Assembly: GCA_964016885.1 (NCBI GenBank)
Contig: OZ024753.1
Span: 37,572,001 to 37,636,000, forward strand
Length of the DNA stretch: 64,000 nucleotides
Reading direction: 5' to 3'
Source of the DNA: Eledone cirrhosa
Taxonomy: Eukaryota
Shown: positions 1 through 16,548 of the stretch, one piece after another
Layout: every line of letters starts with the position of its first letter
Numbering within the stretch: the stretch's first letter is position 1
The notes under the pieces: generated by a model
Told to the model about the DNA's origin: nothing
Databases searched by the model: none
Seen by the model: the letters and a program-made list of their open reading frames with translations, nothing else
Program-made: the position numbers and the translations under genes

Positions 1-229
1 CTTGGAAATCAATATGTTGACTATCTTTGGTTTAGTTGACATATGATTAATAGTATACTTTTTTATTTTGTGATGCATAGATTTCGTATTTCCTAGCACT
101 GAAAATATGTAAGAACATACATTGAATTAAGATATGGAAAATATTATATGTTTCTTGAAACATATATTTACTTTGATCCCCTTCTCCAAACCCCCCCTTT
201 CCCCCATACTATTATCATCTGTTTTTGTA

Positions 230-834
230 AGTGTATATGTATGAATATATGTGTAGATGGGTGTCTATATAGTTTTTTTGGTATTTATTTCTAAATATAA
301 AAATACATATATGAGCATGTAAATATGAATGTAAGATTGAGTGTGTATATATGATTGTACATACATATATATGTATATATATGTATATATATGTATTATA
401 TATGTACGTGTATGTGAATGTGTGATATGTATATGTGTATGTATATGTATATATGTGTGTGTATGTGTATGCTTGTATATAGGAATATATATGTGTGTAT
501 ATATGTATATATATGTATATGCGTATTTGTATGTATGTGTATATGGGTTCTGTATATATTTGTATGTCTCTCTATTTATATGTTTATCTTCGTATCTATG
601 TGATATATGTGTGTGTGTGTGTGCGTATGCATATGTATGAGTTTGTGTGTGTTTGTATGTGTGTATGTATATGTATATATGTGTATTGGCGCACACTCAC
701 ATACACATATATATATATATATATATATATGTGTGAGTGTGTATGTGTGTCTGTATGTGTGTGCGTGTGTGTATATGTGTATTTATATATATATATATAT
801 ATATGTGTATGTATGTGTATGTGTGTGTATATAG

Positions 835-870
<36 letters not shown>

Positions 871-1013
871 GTGTATATAGGTGTCTATGTGTGAATATAT
901 GTCTTTATTCGTATGTGTGTATTTATATATGTTTATATTTAGGTGTATGTATGTATGTGTATGTATGTATGTATGTGTATGTGTGTGTATGTATATGTGT
1001 ATATGTGTGTATA

Positions 1014-1052
<39 letters not shown>

Positions 1053-1267
1053 CTTTATTATTATTGTAATATAACTTATGTGTATATGTGTATAAGTGAG
1101 GTTGTGTATGTATATATACTATGTGTATATATAAGAGTAATGAAATATATATATATATATATATATATATGTGCATGTCTGTATTTTATGTGTGTGTGTG
1201 GATATATATATGTGTATGTGTGTATATGTGTATGTATATATACATATGTGTGTACGTGTGTGTATGT

Positions 1268-1322
<55 letters not shown>

Positions 1323-1431
1323 TGGATGTTTGTATGTGTTTTTATGGTGATATGAGTGTGGGATATATATGCTTGTGTATAAATGTATGTATGTGTATGT
1401 ATATATATATGAGTCTACGTGTGTGTGTATA

Positions 1432-1480
<49 letters not shown>

Positions 1481-1680
1481 ATGTATGTATGTGTTGCGCG
1501 TGTGTGTGTCCGTATTTATATCTTTTTATATGTGTATGTGTATGTTCGTGTAAATGTATGTGTGTGTATGACAGTATAGGTATGTGTGTATGTATGTATG
1601 TATAGATATCTCTATGTGCGTGTACATGTATGTATGTGTATGTATATCTGTATGCGTATGTACATTATATTATATGTAAT
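230..1680. repeat. Degenerate (TA)n/(TG)n/(TATG)n microsatellite field, representative of dozens of similar tracts across the window
   Basis: Directly visible dinucleotide repeats; overlapping ORFs are YI/CV/HT low-complexity artefacts. Confidence 0.95.
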
Positions 1681-2139
1681 ATATTTTATTGTTTTTATTT
1701 TTTTATTTTTCATAATTTATAGATACATTTATATTAAGGTTGTCTGGTCTGACAGTCTAATACTGACCCCTCCCCCCCCCCCCTCCCACCTAATTTCTGT
1801 ATCTTGATCTTGAAATGTGTGTACCAGTGTGTTTATGTGAGTGACTTAATTTCTATTTGCTTATGATTTTATATCCACATATATAAATGTGAGTGGGGGA
1901 GTGTGTGTGTTTGTGTGTTCGTGGTTATGTGTATATTTATATATATACGCACATGTATGTGTGATTATACTGATATGTGTGAGTATGAAAAAAATATATT
2001 TATATGCTTGACTCCATAAGTATCATTGCGTATCTTATCAGCGCATTAAGCTTACAGAGATATTAACCTTGAAATTTTTTATTTGCATCCATCTTTTTAG
2101 TATGCACATACAGATTATACACACATTATTGTAAAATGT

Positions 2140-2598
2140 GTGTAGGGTTTTACATGTATATACACACACCAAACTGCTTTTTAACCCTTTGTGTTTTCAT
2201 TGGTCAATTTTGAACTGATATTTTGAATTGTTGTTATTATCAATAAATATACTTCATTATTTCTGAAGACGGCGTATATATGAGTTAGGTATGTATATTT
2301 AATCTTGATAATTTGTATAATTTTGTATAATTTTGTACATAGATCTGTTAAATATGCATACCAATTATAACACATATATACCCTAGAAACGATCGTTAAA
2401 TAGTGAACTTTTTTTGTTTAATATAAGGAATTGTTTGTTCATTATTTGTTTAATATTTTATCTTGACTCTGCATACCGTTTATCTTTCACCGAAATTGGA
2501 TTTTCATTACATCTCTTCTTTCCATGATATCCGGAATACATTGAGTTCTTCATACGGATTGGACACTACCGTAAACTCTTGGTAGATTTATCTACATA
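2140..2598 (+). mobile_element. PLE-type terminal repeat / HHR-bearing element end abutting (TA)n (family B, copy 1); 5' boundary uncertain
   Basis: Contains the HHR; its last ~290 bp recur at 8477-8780, and both end ...ggtagatttatctac|(TA)n. Confidence 0.7.
2253..2407 (+). ncRNA. Type-I hammerhead ribozyme with a very long (~115 nt) stem II
   Basis: Stem I ttcattattt(2253-62)/aaatagtgaa(2398-2407); core CTGAAGA 2263-69; stem II arms tatatatg-gtta-ggtatgtatatttaa / ttaaatatgcatacc-taac-catatata; GAAAC 2386-90, palindromic loop GATC, cleavage triplet GTT 2395-97. Confidence 0.8.
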
Positions 2599-2720
2599 TA
2601 TATATATATATATATATATACACTTATATATACATATATTTATATATATATATACACACATATATACATACACACACATATATACATATATATATATATA
2701 CAAATATATATATATATTTA

Positions 2721-2810
<90 letters not shown>

Positions 2811-3235
2811 GTATAATAAAATACACATATATATATACATGTACAAATGTGTGTGCAAAAAATTGGCACCAAAGTCGAATCTATTTTGAGATAGTATTGC
2901 ATGATTGTTGTTAAACGAAGGAAATGGCTGAACGATAGATCGAAGTTCAATAGGGATTATGCCGTCCGTCAATTTACCAAAGCTATGACTAAGGCACCTT
3001 ACACCGATATTGAGGTAGCTGTGATATAATCAGAGTTTAAAATACATAAATTTATTGTTCGCCTTTATCTAAATTGACGCCAATTTAGTGCTATCACCAA
3101 AATATGTGTTAGTGTATATATTTCGTGTATCCAGGGCCTATAAGTCCTTGTTGTGTCGTATTGGCTTTTAAACCTGGTGGAGCCCATTACTCGCCGGGTT
3201 TGAACCCAGACGATTTTTTCTAAAGAAGGTGACAG

Positions 3236-3378
3236 ACCCCAATACTGGACCAGTACTTTATTTATCGACCACGAACGTATGAAAGTTACAGTTGGGTTCT
3301 GCAAGATTTGAACCCATGATGCAGAGTGCCGGAATGAATTCCTCGAAGTATCCTCTCCGATGTTTTAGCCAATTCGCT
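3236..3378 (-). mobile_element. Old diverged tRNA-derived SINE copy
   Basis: Reverse complement of the cagtactt-attttatcgacc...atgaaag...gatttgaac core seen in the intact SINE copies. Confidence 0.55.
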
Positions 3379-3789
3379 TCCCAGATCTATACACAGAAAC
3401 AAAAACACATAATTTGAACCTGCCATATCAAATTACTTCTCATGAACTTATACAATATAAAATATTTGACGGTCATGGAGTATGAAAATGTCTTCTGAAG
3501 ATAGGTTTTAATATACAGCTGTTATCCATTAATTCTTTCAATCCACTAATGAGAAATGTCAATGAAGGGAGCCTGTGTACGGTTGCTCGATTTACTAAAA
3601 ATAAAAAAAAAATGGGATCGCAGCTAGTTTTCCCCGTAACTAAATACCGCAAGGCAATTTGTCCTAAGTTCCGACAACTCTGCCAAGCCACAATTATATT
3701 GAAATGAAGATCGGCTAGATATCGATCTATGAGCATAGGAATATCAACAAAATCTGAATTCATTCCTTTCAAAATTTGTCGGTATGCAA

Positions 3790-4155
3790 GTAATATTTGT
3801 GTTAATATTGAGTGACCTACATATTTTTATACAGCTGTCATCCTTCATATGCATCACATATCCACACCATTGTAATCTCCTTTCTAGCACACTGCATATG
3901 ATCCTTCTTATGCCCAGTTTCTTTCTTAGTTCATTTACACTTTGAATTCATGTATATTACTATTACACATCCATCGGAGCAAGCAGGCTTCGTTTCTTTC
4001 CAGTCTTCATAGGTCCTCTGCACACAGCACCCAGGTCTCACTACCATACAACATTGCTGTTCGTATACATACATCATACAATCTGTCCTTCATTTTGAGA
4101 GAAACACATTGTGTAGCTAGCAGCGGTAGTAGTTCCATTAACTTCTTTTCTCAAT
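3790..4155 (-). pseudogene. RTE-clade LINE ORF2 C-terminal fragment with a stop and a frameshift
   Basis: Minus-strand translation ELLPLLATQCVSLKMKDRLYDVCIRTAMLYGSETW...RLERNEACLLRWMCN / SVNELRKKLGIRRI...ERRLQWCGYVMHMKDDSCIK matches the RTE LYGSETW and RRLxWxGHV motifs. Confidence 0.85.
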
Positions 4156-4571
4156 AAAACCACTGAGAATCGAAAAGGACAAGACAAAGAGAGAATATAC
4201 ATCAAGATGAGGAATTATTACAAATGATGTTGAAATACTTAGTAAATCTCGAACGCAGAAACGAAAGATGTATCGGATAATCCGTGGCTATACCTGGACA
4301 TATTTGAACCGGATAACACGGAGAGGGATCGAACCCAGAAGTAAACAGTTCCGAAGTTAACTAGTTAACCAGAGAGCCATGCTTACAAGTGTCAGATCAT
4401 TTCACATAGGCGGATAATGTCTTTGAGAACTGCATGGCTATGACATTGTCAAATTTCTCCCCTTCCATTAGGAGATTTGGATTTTAATCCTTTTGCTTAG
4501 TCTGCAAGAAAATAATGATACGCAGAACTACTCCTGCCAAAATACATTGATACCTTGCATATGTATATAAG

Positions 4572-4610
<39 letters not shown>

Positions 4611-4710
4611 GGGGTATATATAGTGATTATACATATATATATATATACACACACATAAATATATGTACCTTTTATATATATACAGTATATGTGTATTTGT
4701 GTGTATATTT

Positions 4711-4777
<67 letters not shown>

Positions 4778-4778
4778 T

Positions 4779-4811
<33 letters not shown>

Positions 4812-4814
4812 ATT

Positions 4815-4869
<55 letters not shown>

Positions 4870-4872
4870 ATT

Positions 4873-4922
<50 letters not shown>

Positions 4923-5335
4923 TATATACCACACTACCCTATACTCTTCTCTAAAGTAAACAATGTCCTTGTTAATATGTCCAACCTCTTGTGGTTTTAC
5001 TTTACCCTGTCATTATTATATTATTATATAAATTTGCAATGGTGGAAAATTGATTAGACTGTTTGTTTTTGCAGATGTTGTAGCGAGTGCAGTGAAACGC
5101 TACCTGGGGGAGTGTTGGTAGCTTTGTGTTTGGATTACATATCCATTGCCTCGCTGGCGTGAAGAGTTGGTATTTATAATAGGAAACCACTGCTGTCGAG
5201 ATCTGTTTTAGCTATACACAGACACACATATATACATATATACATATATATATATAGATAAACAGATACATATATATATATATGTGAGTGTTTGTGTGTG
5301 TGTGTGTATGTGTGTGGGTATGGGTGTGAGTGTGT

Positions 5336-5460
<125 letters not shown>

Positions 5461-5584
5461 AATATATATATATTGCATATATAAACAACAAGAAGGAGTA
5501 CAGTTACGAAAGGTGTTAGGTATTAGGTTCACGCTTGAGAGTGTACGTATATATATATGTATATACAATTATACACACACAGAC

Positions 5585-5675
<91 letters not shown>

Positions 5676-5976
5676 ACATACATACATATATATATATGTG
5701 TGTATATATATATATATATAAAACATATATATGTGTATATATATACAGACGTATGTGTATGTGTCAGTTCTGTATGTGTGTGTGTATGTGTGCGTAGGTA
5801 GAGCGGAAGTAAGAAAGTATGTAAGGAAAACTGTCATATGTGAATAATAAAAGACAAAATCGTAGATCTTGGGCTTGGTATTTGCGAATGGAATTTATGT
5901 ACACATACATACATACATACATACACACACGCATATATATATATATTTACCATATATATATATATATATATATTGA

Positions 5977-6032
<56 letters not shown>

Positions 6033-6136
6033 TCAAGTCAGAGACCTGTTACTCAAATATGTTATTTGAATACTTATTCACAAGACCATCAATACTATAC
6101 GGGGACATATAAATATATATATATACATATATATAC

Positions 6137-6252
<116 letters not shown>

Positions 6253-6304
6253 TTATTTAATTATTTATTTATATGCATACATATGAATATATATAAATAT
6301 GTAT

Positions 6305-6358
<54 letters not shown>

Positions 6359-6364
6359 TTATAT

Positions 6365-6456
<92 letters not shown>

Positions 6457-6462
6457 TTATAT

Positions 6463-6517
<55 letters not shown>

Positions 6518-6599
6518 CACCACCCCACTCTCAAGAGCGTGAAACTAATAAACCTTTGTTCGTACTGCCTCTCTGTTTTGTTCCCTTTCAATTTTTCAC

Positions 6600-6731
<132 letters not shown>

Positions 6732-7263
6732 ATGTATATATATGACAGTGTCACTAAAATAATGGCTGCTTGGTTCGTCTGATTCTCGTTCTGATATCCA
6801 TAAATGTATTAAACAGATCTATGTTTTTTATTATTATGTCCTGGCGAATTCCACATACTTCCTAGTTCCAATATTTCATGCTTTAGTCATAATTTCATGA
6901 CTTTCCCTTCAGTGTTTTTAACATTAACTGTGATGTGTTAGCGACGGTCTTTTGGGTGGCTGAAACGCTTCAATGCCGGACTAAATGCGTTACGGTATTT
7001 AGTTACGTCCATTTTATTACATTCCAGAGATCAAATCCCATTGGGAAATCAATTAGAATCTTTTTCTTACCCCTTATTTTGAATTGTTGCTTATTTGGTA
7101 TCTGGAAAAGAACCAGTTTTACTGAAGGCTAAAATTTCACAATTTACTTTCATATTTTCTTCAATCATAATCAAACATATATTTAGTCTAAAATTATCAA
7201 AAATACAAACTACTCAAAAGATAATGTTAAGTAAGCTATACATAGTTATGAGAAACATATACA

Positions 7264-7850
7264 TATATATACACCAGGTCCAAACTCAAGGTAACCACAT
7301 AGCTATTAGAAATATATATACACCAGGTCCAAACTCAAGGTAACCGCATAGCTATTAGAAATATATATACACTAGGTCCAAACTCAAGGTAACCACATAG
7401 CTATTAGAAATATATATACACTAGGTCCAAACTCAAGGTAACCACATAGCTATTAGAAATATATATACACTAGGTCCAAACTCAAGGTAACCACATAGCT
7501 ATTAGAAATATATATACACTAGGTCCAAACTCAAGGTAACCACATAGCTATTAGAAATATATATACACTAGGTCCAAACTCAAGGGAACCACATAGCTAT
7601 TAGAAATATATATACACTAGGTCCAAACTCAAGGGAACCACATAGCTATTAGAAATATATATACACTAGGTCCAAACTCAAGGGAACCACATAGCTATTA
7701 GAAATATATATACACTAGGTCCAAACTCAAGGGAACCACATAGCTATTAGAAATATATATACACTAGGTCCAAACTCAAGGGAACCACATAGCTATTAGA
7801 AATATATATACACTAGGTCCAAACTCAAGGGAACCACATAGCTATTAGAA

Positions 7851-7858
<8 letters not shown>
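7264..7858. repeat. 49-bp minisatellite, ~12 copies (tatatatacactaggtccaaactcaagg[t/g]aaccacatagctattagaaa)
   Basis: ggtccaaactc recurs at 49-bp intervals from ~7277 to ~7816. Confidence 0.95.
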
Positions 7859-7910
<52 letters not shown>

Positions 7911-8476
7911 CAGGTCCGAACACAACGGAACCAAACTCCTACTGTCACTGCTTCGGTCTCTCCCCCTCTCCCTATCTCTCACTATTATGAGCAAATGGGG
8001 GCCCTCGCTATGAACGTGTATACTGTGGTCGATTTAATCGACTATACCAATCCCTAAGTAAATTTTTGCCTTGTGCCTTTTTAAGAAATCGATATTAGGG
8101 GACACGGGTAAGGTGGTGGATTGGCAATATTGGAATAAAGTCGTATCGTATAAAATATAGAGAGAGTAAGTCCCCATGCTGGGCATGCTGGGCGCACAGG
8201 CATTATGATGTGTGTTTTCCTGCCAGCGACATATCAAATATATCGATTTTCATCTGATGATACCGTTCTCATAATCAACAGCAAATGCAGGAAGGACATC
8301 TCGATTGCATGGAGAACCGTAGAAATAATTATTATGATTAAACGATATGTGTAACCTCAGCATCTTATTTTATTATTTTTATAAAATTCTCCATCGTTAC
8401 TAAAACCAACGATTGTTGAGAGCTTTCTTACTCCTGTTTTTACCAAAACAATCTTTTCCGAACACTATATATATAT

Positions 8477-8774
8477 GTATATTCTCCTTGATAGTTTGTA
8501 TAATTTTGTACATAGATCTTTTGAATATGCATGCCAATTCTAACACATATATGTCCTAGAAACGATCGTTAAATAATGAACTTTTTTTGTTTAATATAAG
8601 GAACTGTTTCATTGTTTTATTCATTATTTTTTAAATATTTTATCTTGACTCTGTATTCCGTTTATCTTTCACCGAAAGTGATTTTTGAATGCATCTCTTC
8701 TTTCCATGATATCCGGATTACATTGAGTTCTTCATACGGATTGGACACTACCGTAAACTTTTGGTAGATTTATC

Positions 8775-8780
<6 letters not shown>
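8477..8780 (+). mobile_element. Family B copy 2, 5'-truncated inside HHR stem II, (TA)n on both sides
   Basis: Colinear with ~2290-2598; keeps GAAAC-GATC-GTT-aaataatgaa but lacks the CTGAAGA half. Confidence 0.8.
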
Positions 8781-8828
<48 letters not shown>

Positions 8829-8879
8829 TATAACAATATTTGTTTCGACACACCATTTCATATAAAAAACCTCGCAAAA

Positions 8880-8932
<53 letters not shown>

Positions 8933-9236
8933 TCCTCACTCGCATTTCGACCAGGTTGGATGGTCTTTATTCTCTCTCGTCTACGATTTCACAGAACTTA
9001 TGTTCATCGATTTCAGGGACTTGACTCCTTCTTCCTCACTTTTCGTTGCATTACCATCTTTGTTTGTTTACTGTCTCGCTCGTACCCCCCTATTTACGTG
9101 TCCCTCGCACCAACCAGAGGTATATGGTCTTTAAAGCGATGAAATACCAATGAAGGCTGGAAGATCACTGATGAAGGACTAAATTTATTCATATGTAACC
9201 CATTTGCAACCACGCAACACGCCATGTTTTCATATT

Positions 9237-9306
<70 letters not shown>

Positions 9307-9584
9307 ACAGGGAGAAAAAGACAATTATTAGGAAGAAAAAAATATTTTTTTCCCTATTTATTTATTTCTCTCTTTTTTCTGGGTGAGAAAATGATTAAAA
9401 CGAAATATTTTACTTTGTGTGAAGTGTTAAGGTATTAGTTGATTTATTTATTAATTAACAATGGCATTTATTTATTTATTTATATATTTAATAATTGTCT
9501 ATTATATATATATAGAGGTATATATAACATGTAATAATGACAACAAAGAAAAAGTTGACGACGACGGTGGTGGTGGTGGTATTG

Positions 9585-9662
<78 letters not shown>
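9585..9662. repeat. (GTA)n trinucleotide microsatellite
   Basis: Directly visible. Confidence 0.95.
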
Positions 9663-9998
9663 CGATATTAATGTTGTTGTTGCTCTTGCTGCCCAGCTGC
9701 CATTACGTTGATTTCACAAATCCGAAATAAAAATATAAAATAGAATAAAATAGAATAAACAAAAGCAACAAGACAAACAACGATCTGTATATTACAAATC
9801 ATCCACATCAGACAATACAGCATAACACCATCTTCTGCCACCAGGTGGCGTCTTTTTTTCACACCTAATGTTATCTGGGGAGACACAATTAATATTGCAC
9901 ATGTCTGTAGTAATTGAGATAGTTTTGAAATACCACAAACTGCATGAGAGGCTTAGAAAGGCTGTGTAAGGTGGGATAGATTTCCGTTAATGTGTGTG

Positions 9999-10173
<175 letters not shown>

Positions 10174-10214
10174 ATATACATATATGTATATATATATATA
10201 CATACATGTATATA

Positions 10215-10258
<44 letters not shown>

Positions 10259-10262
10259 TACA

Positions 10263-10302
<40 letters not shown>

Positions 10303-10303
10303 C

Positions 10304-10398
<95 letters not shown>

Positions 10399-10488
10399 CA
10401 TGTATATATATATTTATATATATATATATATGTATATATATGTATATATAACAATATATATATATATATTTATTAAAATAACAGATTA

Positions 10489-10567
<79 letters not shown>

Positions 10568-10819
10568 TGCATGCATGCAGCGACAAAGGAAACCTGAGAA
10601 TGCCTTAATTCCTGAAGCTATGGTGTAGTTCACAATTAGAAGATATTACAAAGAGTAGTTAACGTAGAGGAACAAGCACACAAACATACTGACACACATA
10701 CATACATGCACGCACACATACATACACACATACTAACATACATAAATACATTCACACATATATACATACATACGCGCACTTACGCACGAATAAAGAGTGC
10801 ACTCGCCCTTAACTAGTTC

Positions 10820-10855
<36 letters not shown>

Positions 10856-10946
10856 ACATGTCTATGCATCCGCATATTAGCATATTATATATTTTTTCTA
10901 TTGTAGTTGACTGCTTTGAAATTTTACAAACTCTCACATCCAAATC

Positions 10947-11005
<59 letters not shown>

Positions 11006-11030
11006 AACATAACTAGGTTTCACACATATG

Positions 11031-11081
<51 letters not shown>

Positions 11082-11273
11082 AAGGGGAATGTATTAATAC
11101 ATACACACACACATACATACATATATATATATATAAGTGTGCGTGTGAGGTTTGTGCAAGTGTGTCATCTTCGCTTTTATTTCATTAAGCATCTCTTCCT
11201 ATTCTGAATAGTACTATCATCTCTCTCTCTCTCTCTCCTTCTTTCTTACGCACACACACACACACACACACAC

Positions 11274-11437
<164 letters not shown>

Positions 11438-11825
11438 ATACATACATACATAAATGCATACACATATATACATATATGCCGCTGCGCCTTCCTTTGATAT
11501 TTTGTTTTCAACTAGTAACGTGAAACTGATATGAAACCCTATGTAACGGTGTTCTTCGCCAATAATGTGATCACTTTATCGTAGAATTAAAAAAACTAAC
11601 TCCCAAAAGCAATTGCTTGTTTATCTAACATCAAATGTTTTATAACCATTTCGTTACATGTTCCATTCACTTGTATGAAACTGATGAGATTTTTCCTCTA
11701 CTCTAAAATGTATTTTAAAAAGATATATTACAATATCGTCTGCTTATAGTTTATGTATTGTATGGTTTCGATTCGTTTTTTCAGTATTTTAACATTTACT
11801 GTTTTGTAAATACAGATTAAGTTAG

Positions 11826-12016
11826 ACGGCGAATTGACAAAGTCGTTAGATCGTCATATAGAATGTTTTACGGTATTCGTTTTTGGCTCTTTGCTCTCTG
11901 AATTCAAATCGCCCTGAGGTCAACTTTGCTTTTCATCCATTCGAGGTCGATAAATAAGTACCAGTCTAGTACTAAGGTTGATAAAAACATCTACCAGTCT
12001 AGTAATAGGGTCGACT
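11826..12016 (+). mobile_element. Older tRNA-derived SINE copy
   Basis: ggcgaattgacaaagtcgttag head, B-box-like gaattcaaatc, core caactttgcttttcatccattcgaggtcgataaataagtaccag. Confidence 0.7.
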
Positions 12017-12377
12017 CTTGCTCTGTGTCTCTTTCTCACTTACCAACACTCACTTTCTATCCTTCTCTGAAAGAAATTTGCTGTATTCAGACCTTGTGAG
12101 GAGTTGGGCTGTCAGGTTTTAAAAAGCCCTAGAAATTCCATATGTCAATATGGCGCCCCAACGACTCGCTCAGGATTTACGGGATCACGCACGTAAATGT
12201 ATATTCAATAACTGTTTCTACTTTAGGCACAAGGCCAGCAATTACCCAGTGCCTTACTAAATAACGTAAGACGAACTTGCTGTCAAATGTATTTTCTCAA
12301 CAGATGATTTATCTTTTTTAAAGGGTAAAAGAAAAAATATAAAAATGTAACCTGCCTGTCTTGTAGTTTGTGTTGCT

Positions 12378-12427
<50 letters not shown>

Positions 12428-12429
12428 AT

Positions 12430-12831
<402 letters not shown>

Positions 12832-12865
12832 CATATTTCACAATGCTTCAAGCAACTTTAACACC

Positions 12866-13063
<198 letters not shown>

Positions 13064-13126
13064 TCAGCTCTCTTCCTGATTGAGCACTGTTTTCCTTTTT
13101 CACAACTACAGATATTTTCTACATAG

Positions 13127-13171
<45 letters not shown>

Positions 13172-13200
13172 CACACATATACATATAATATATATATATA

Positions 13201-13320
<120 letters not shown>

Positions 13321-13643
13321 GAGAGTATTGAAGTTTGCTTCAAGGAGGTTTATATATATATATACACATACATACAAAACATAGATATATTTGTTATGTT
13401 GAGTTCATATCATGTGATGTAAAACGAAGTGACATTCTAATGAAAGTATGAGTCGCCCATTGCTCTGGCAAGGATTACGCAATATATACTGCTTCTTTCT
13501 GAATGACAAGTCTAGCAAACAATAACGTCTGGTTGGTAATTTAATTCCTTTAACAATACAGACAGACATATTCTCGAAGGTTGCATACAACACAGCAATT
13601 TCAATAATCTGCTAACCTGTTATTCCTTTAATCGTTATAGACA

Positions 13644-13831
13644 TATAATTGTTTCTACTTTAGGCACAAGGCCAGCAATTACCCAGTGTATTACTAGTAC
13701 TTTATTTTATCGACCCCGTAAGGATGAAAGGCAAAGTCAACCTCGGCGGAATTTGAACTTAGATCGTAAAGGGACGTAACTATGCTGGAAAGCATGGCGT
13801 CCGACCCTCTACTGATACTGCCAATCCACCG
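13644..13831 (-). mobile_element. Near full-length young tRNA-derived SINE (~185 bp)
   Basis: Reverse complement of 36626-36813; A-box-like head, B-box gttcaaattcc, core ctttgcctttcatccttacggggtcgataaaataaagtac, tail gcctaaagtagaaacaattata. The core resembles Meta/MESC-type SINE domains (from memory, unverified). Confidence 0.85.
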
Positions 13832-13846
13832 AATACGAGTGAAATA

Positions 13847-14346
13847 ATGGTTTCTAATTCAGACACAAGGCCAGTAATTTGGTGGTGATGGCGTGGAGAA
13901 AATTGATTATATTCATCCCATTATTTGATTGCTACACTATTTTATTGGCTCTGGAAGCATGGAAAGAGGGAAAGATGGAAAGATGGAAAGATGGAAAGCA
14001 ATGTTGACCATCATGAACGGAAATAAATACCACAAAGATTTGTCCGGCTGCTCTAACGATTCTGCCAATAAATTGTCTTTAATATGAATAAAATAAAGAT
14101 TTTTAATTTTGGCACGAGGCTGGCAACCTCGGGGGTAAGAGAGAGTTTGTTATATCGACCTCAGTATTTGACTGGTACTCCAGTACTTGACTGGTAAAAC
14201 GGATGAAAGGCAAAGTTCTTCTGACTACGGAAGAATGAAGGGCAAAATTGATCTCGGAGGGATTTAAAACTAGAATGTAGAAAGCCGTCACGAAATACTG
14301 CCACACTTTTTATCCGATACATAAACGATTCTGCCAATCTACTGCC
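13847..14346 (-). mobile_element. Two older diverged SINE copies in tandem
   Basis: cacaaggccag / ggcacgaggctggc tails, gatgaaaggcaaagtt cores and aacgattctgccaat heads in reverse orientation. Confidence 0.65.
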
Positions 14347-15483
14347 TTTAATACAAATAAAATAATACTAAAGATTTTACCAAAATATTCTAACATCCTT
14401 TCAGTTCTGGTGCCACAATAATGTTTTTGCCATACCCCGTTGTTTTTCCTTTTTTTTTTTTTGATTTGGGGGTGTGGAAATTTAAGTGTAACCTATCTAG
14501 TTTTTTAGTTTCTTCAGCAGTCATCTTATGAATGTCACCAATAGGTGCAGACGTAATGGGAACCAGTACTTCCGCCTCTAATTAACGTATTAAAATAAAA
14601 ACAAATAAATATCAGCTTCAATTGTTGTTATAGCGATATTTTAATGCATTCGCCTTATAAGCATTTACAATACAGACTTATCAAATTGTTGTTAAATAGA
14701 AGTTGTATTTTATATTTATGTTAAGCGATAGCAGTTTTTTGCTATTTCACTTGGACAAATTTTTTTCACCATTTTTTTGTTAAATGTTTCTGACAATAGA
14801 GAAGTAATTGTCTTTGACAAAACTTAATATGTCATTTTAAACATTTTATTTTTATATCAACTTACATACATATAATTACAAAAGAAAACTGATATTTTTC
14901 AAAGTAAAATATTTGAGAAACAGAAAATTAATAGAAACAAAAAACAGACTTCTATAACGGTTTAATATATTCTGTAGCTAAAAGAAGTAATCCATCAAAA
15001 ATCATTGGCGAAGCGAAAAAAATTATTATAATGGGAGAAAATACAGAAACGCTAAGGATTTACAAAGGAAAACATAAATGTCAGCTATATTTACTGATTT
15101 TGATCTTATTTAAAATTTCTTTAATATGTTTAATTTAACCCTTATGAATTAACGAAGAGCTAGGAGTGATTGGAATTTGAAAATATGAGAGTCGTAAACG
15201 CAGAAAATATTTTTTAAATAACAGCCGATCACTAAATTTCTCAGCTATTATCTTTGGTGGTGGACTGAAATTACAGCTATTTCTGCAATTGGGACTTTCA
15301 CATTTTGGGATTGTTTAATTTATTTTAAAAAAGTAAAATCAAAATAATTTTAAATACTCTCATAAACACTTTATGTGCGTGCGTGATTGTCTGTAGTATA
15401 AATATACATTCATATCGGTACATGTAGAAATGTACATATACACATACATTTATATATATGTATATATACACATACACACAGAT

Positions 15484-15559
<76 letters not shown>

Positions 15560-15647
15560 GTATATGTGTATATGTACATTTCTTTCTATTGACAATATTG
15601 GCAACATAACCATCCCTAAATATAACAATATATATAGATATATACAC

Positions 15648-15790
<143 letters not shown>

Positions 15791-16548
15791 TGATAATCTC
15801 GCCAAGAAATCCTTAACGACATTCACTCAAATAGCCTGTCTTTGATGTTCAATTGTTTCCACTCAAAACAGAAGTGTGGTAGGTATTTTCTTCACGGAAA
15901 CACAGACACACAGACAGACTGACATACTGACAGACTGACAGACAGTTGTCATTGGTTGAGTTTCCGTTAGCAGCTGTTAATTTACTAGTTTTCCATAAAT
16001 CTGAACGACATACCCAGCTGGAACACTGCAGAAATGTCTGTACGGCTGGCTACTTAAATATAACATTGGCTTCGGAGTTTAACTCTTGTCTGTGTCATGA
16101 AACATCTATTATCTGTGTACTACGTACTGTATACTGTGTAGTTTTTACTGTGTATTGTGGAACATGTGGTCCTTAAAATCCAGATGATATAATTATCCCT
16201 TTTCCCTTCATCTGTTTTGTTTTCGTTTTCAATTTTTGTTCTTCTTTTACTAATATGTTTTATTTTATATACATAGAGGTGTGAGTTTGGGGTTTTATGA
16301 TTGTGAAACAGCCGAGACCACCCTGATTTTTCTTCACATCTTCAATTGATTCCTATTGTTTATATCTATTATTATTCTCACTCTGATTGTTGTCATTATC
16401 GTGTAGATATTTCATTTATGAAAGAAAAAAATAAGAGGAAATCATTTGAGGTTTAGATTGGTTAAAGGTAACTATGTCGCCATTGGCATTTCTAATGCTG
16501 ATACTAGCTCTCCGTCACAATTACTACCAGAAGAATATATATATATAT

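Noticed and set aside
5060-5190. Possible host exon after a ttttgcag acceptor
   Set aside because: Early stops in the frames checked and no recognisable protein; unsupported without RNA data
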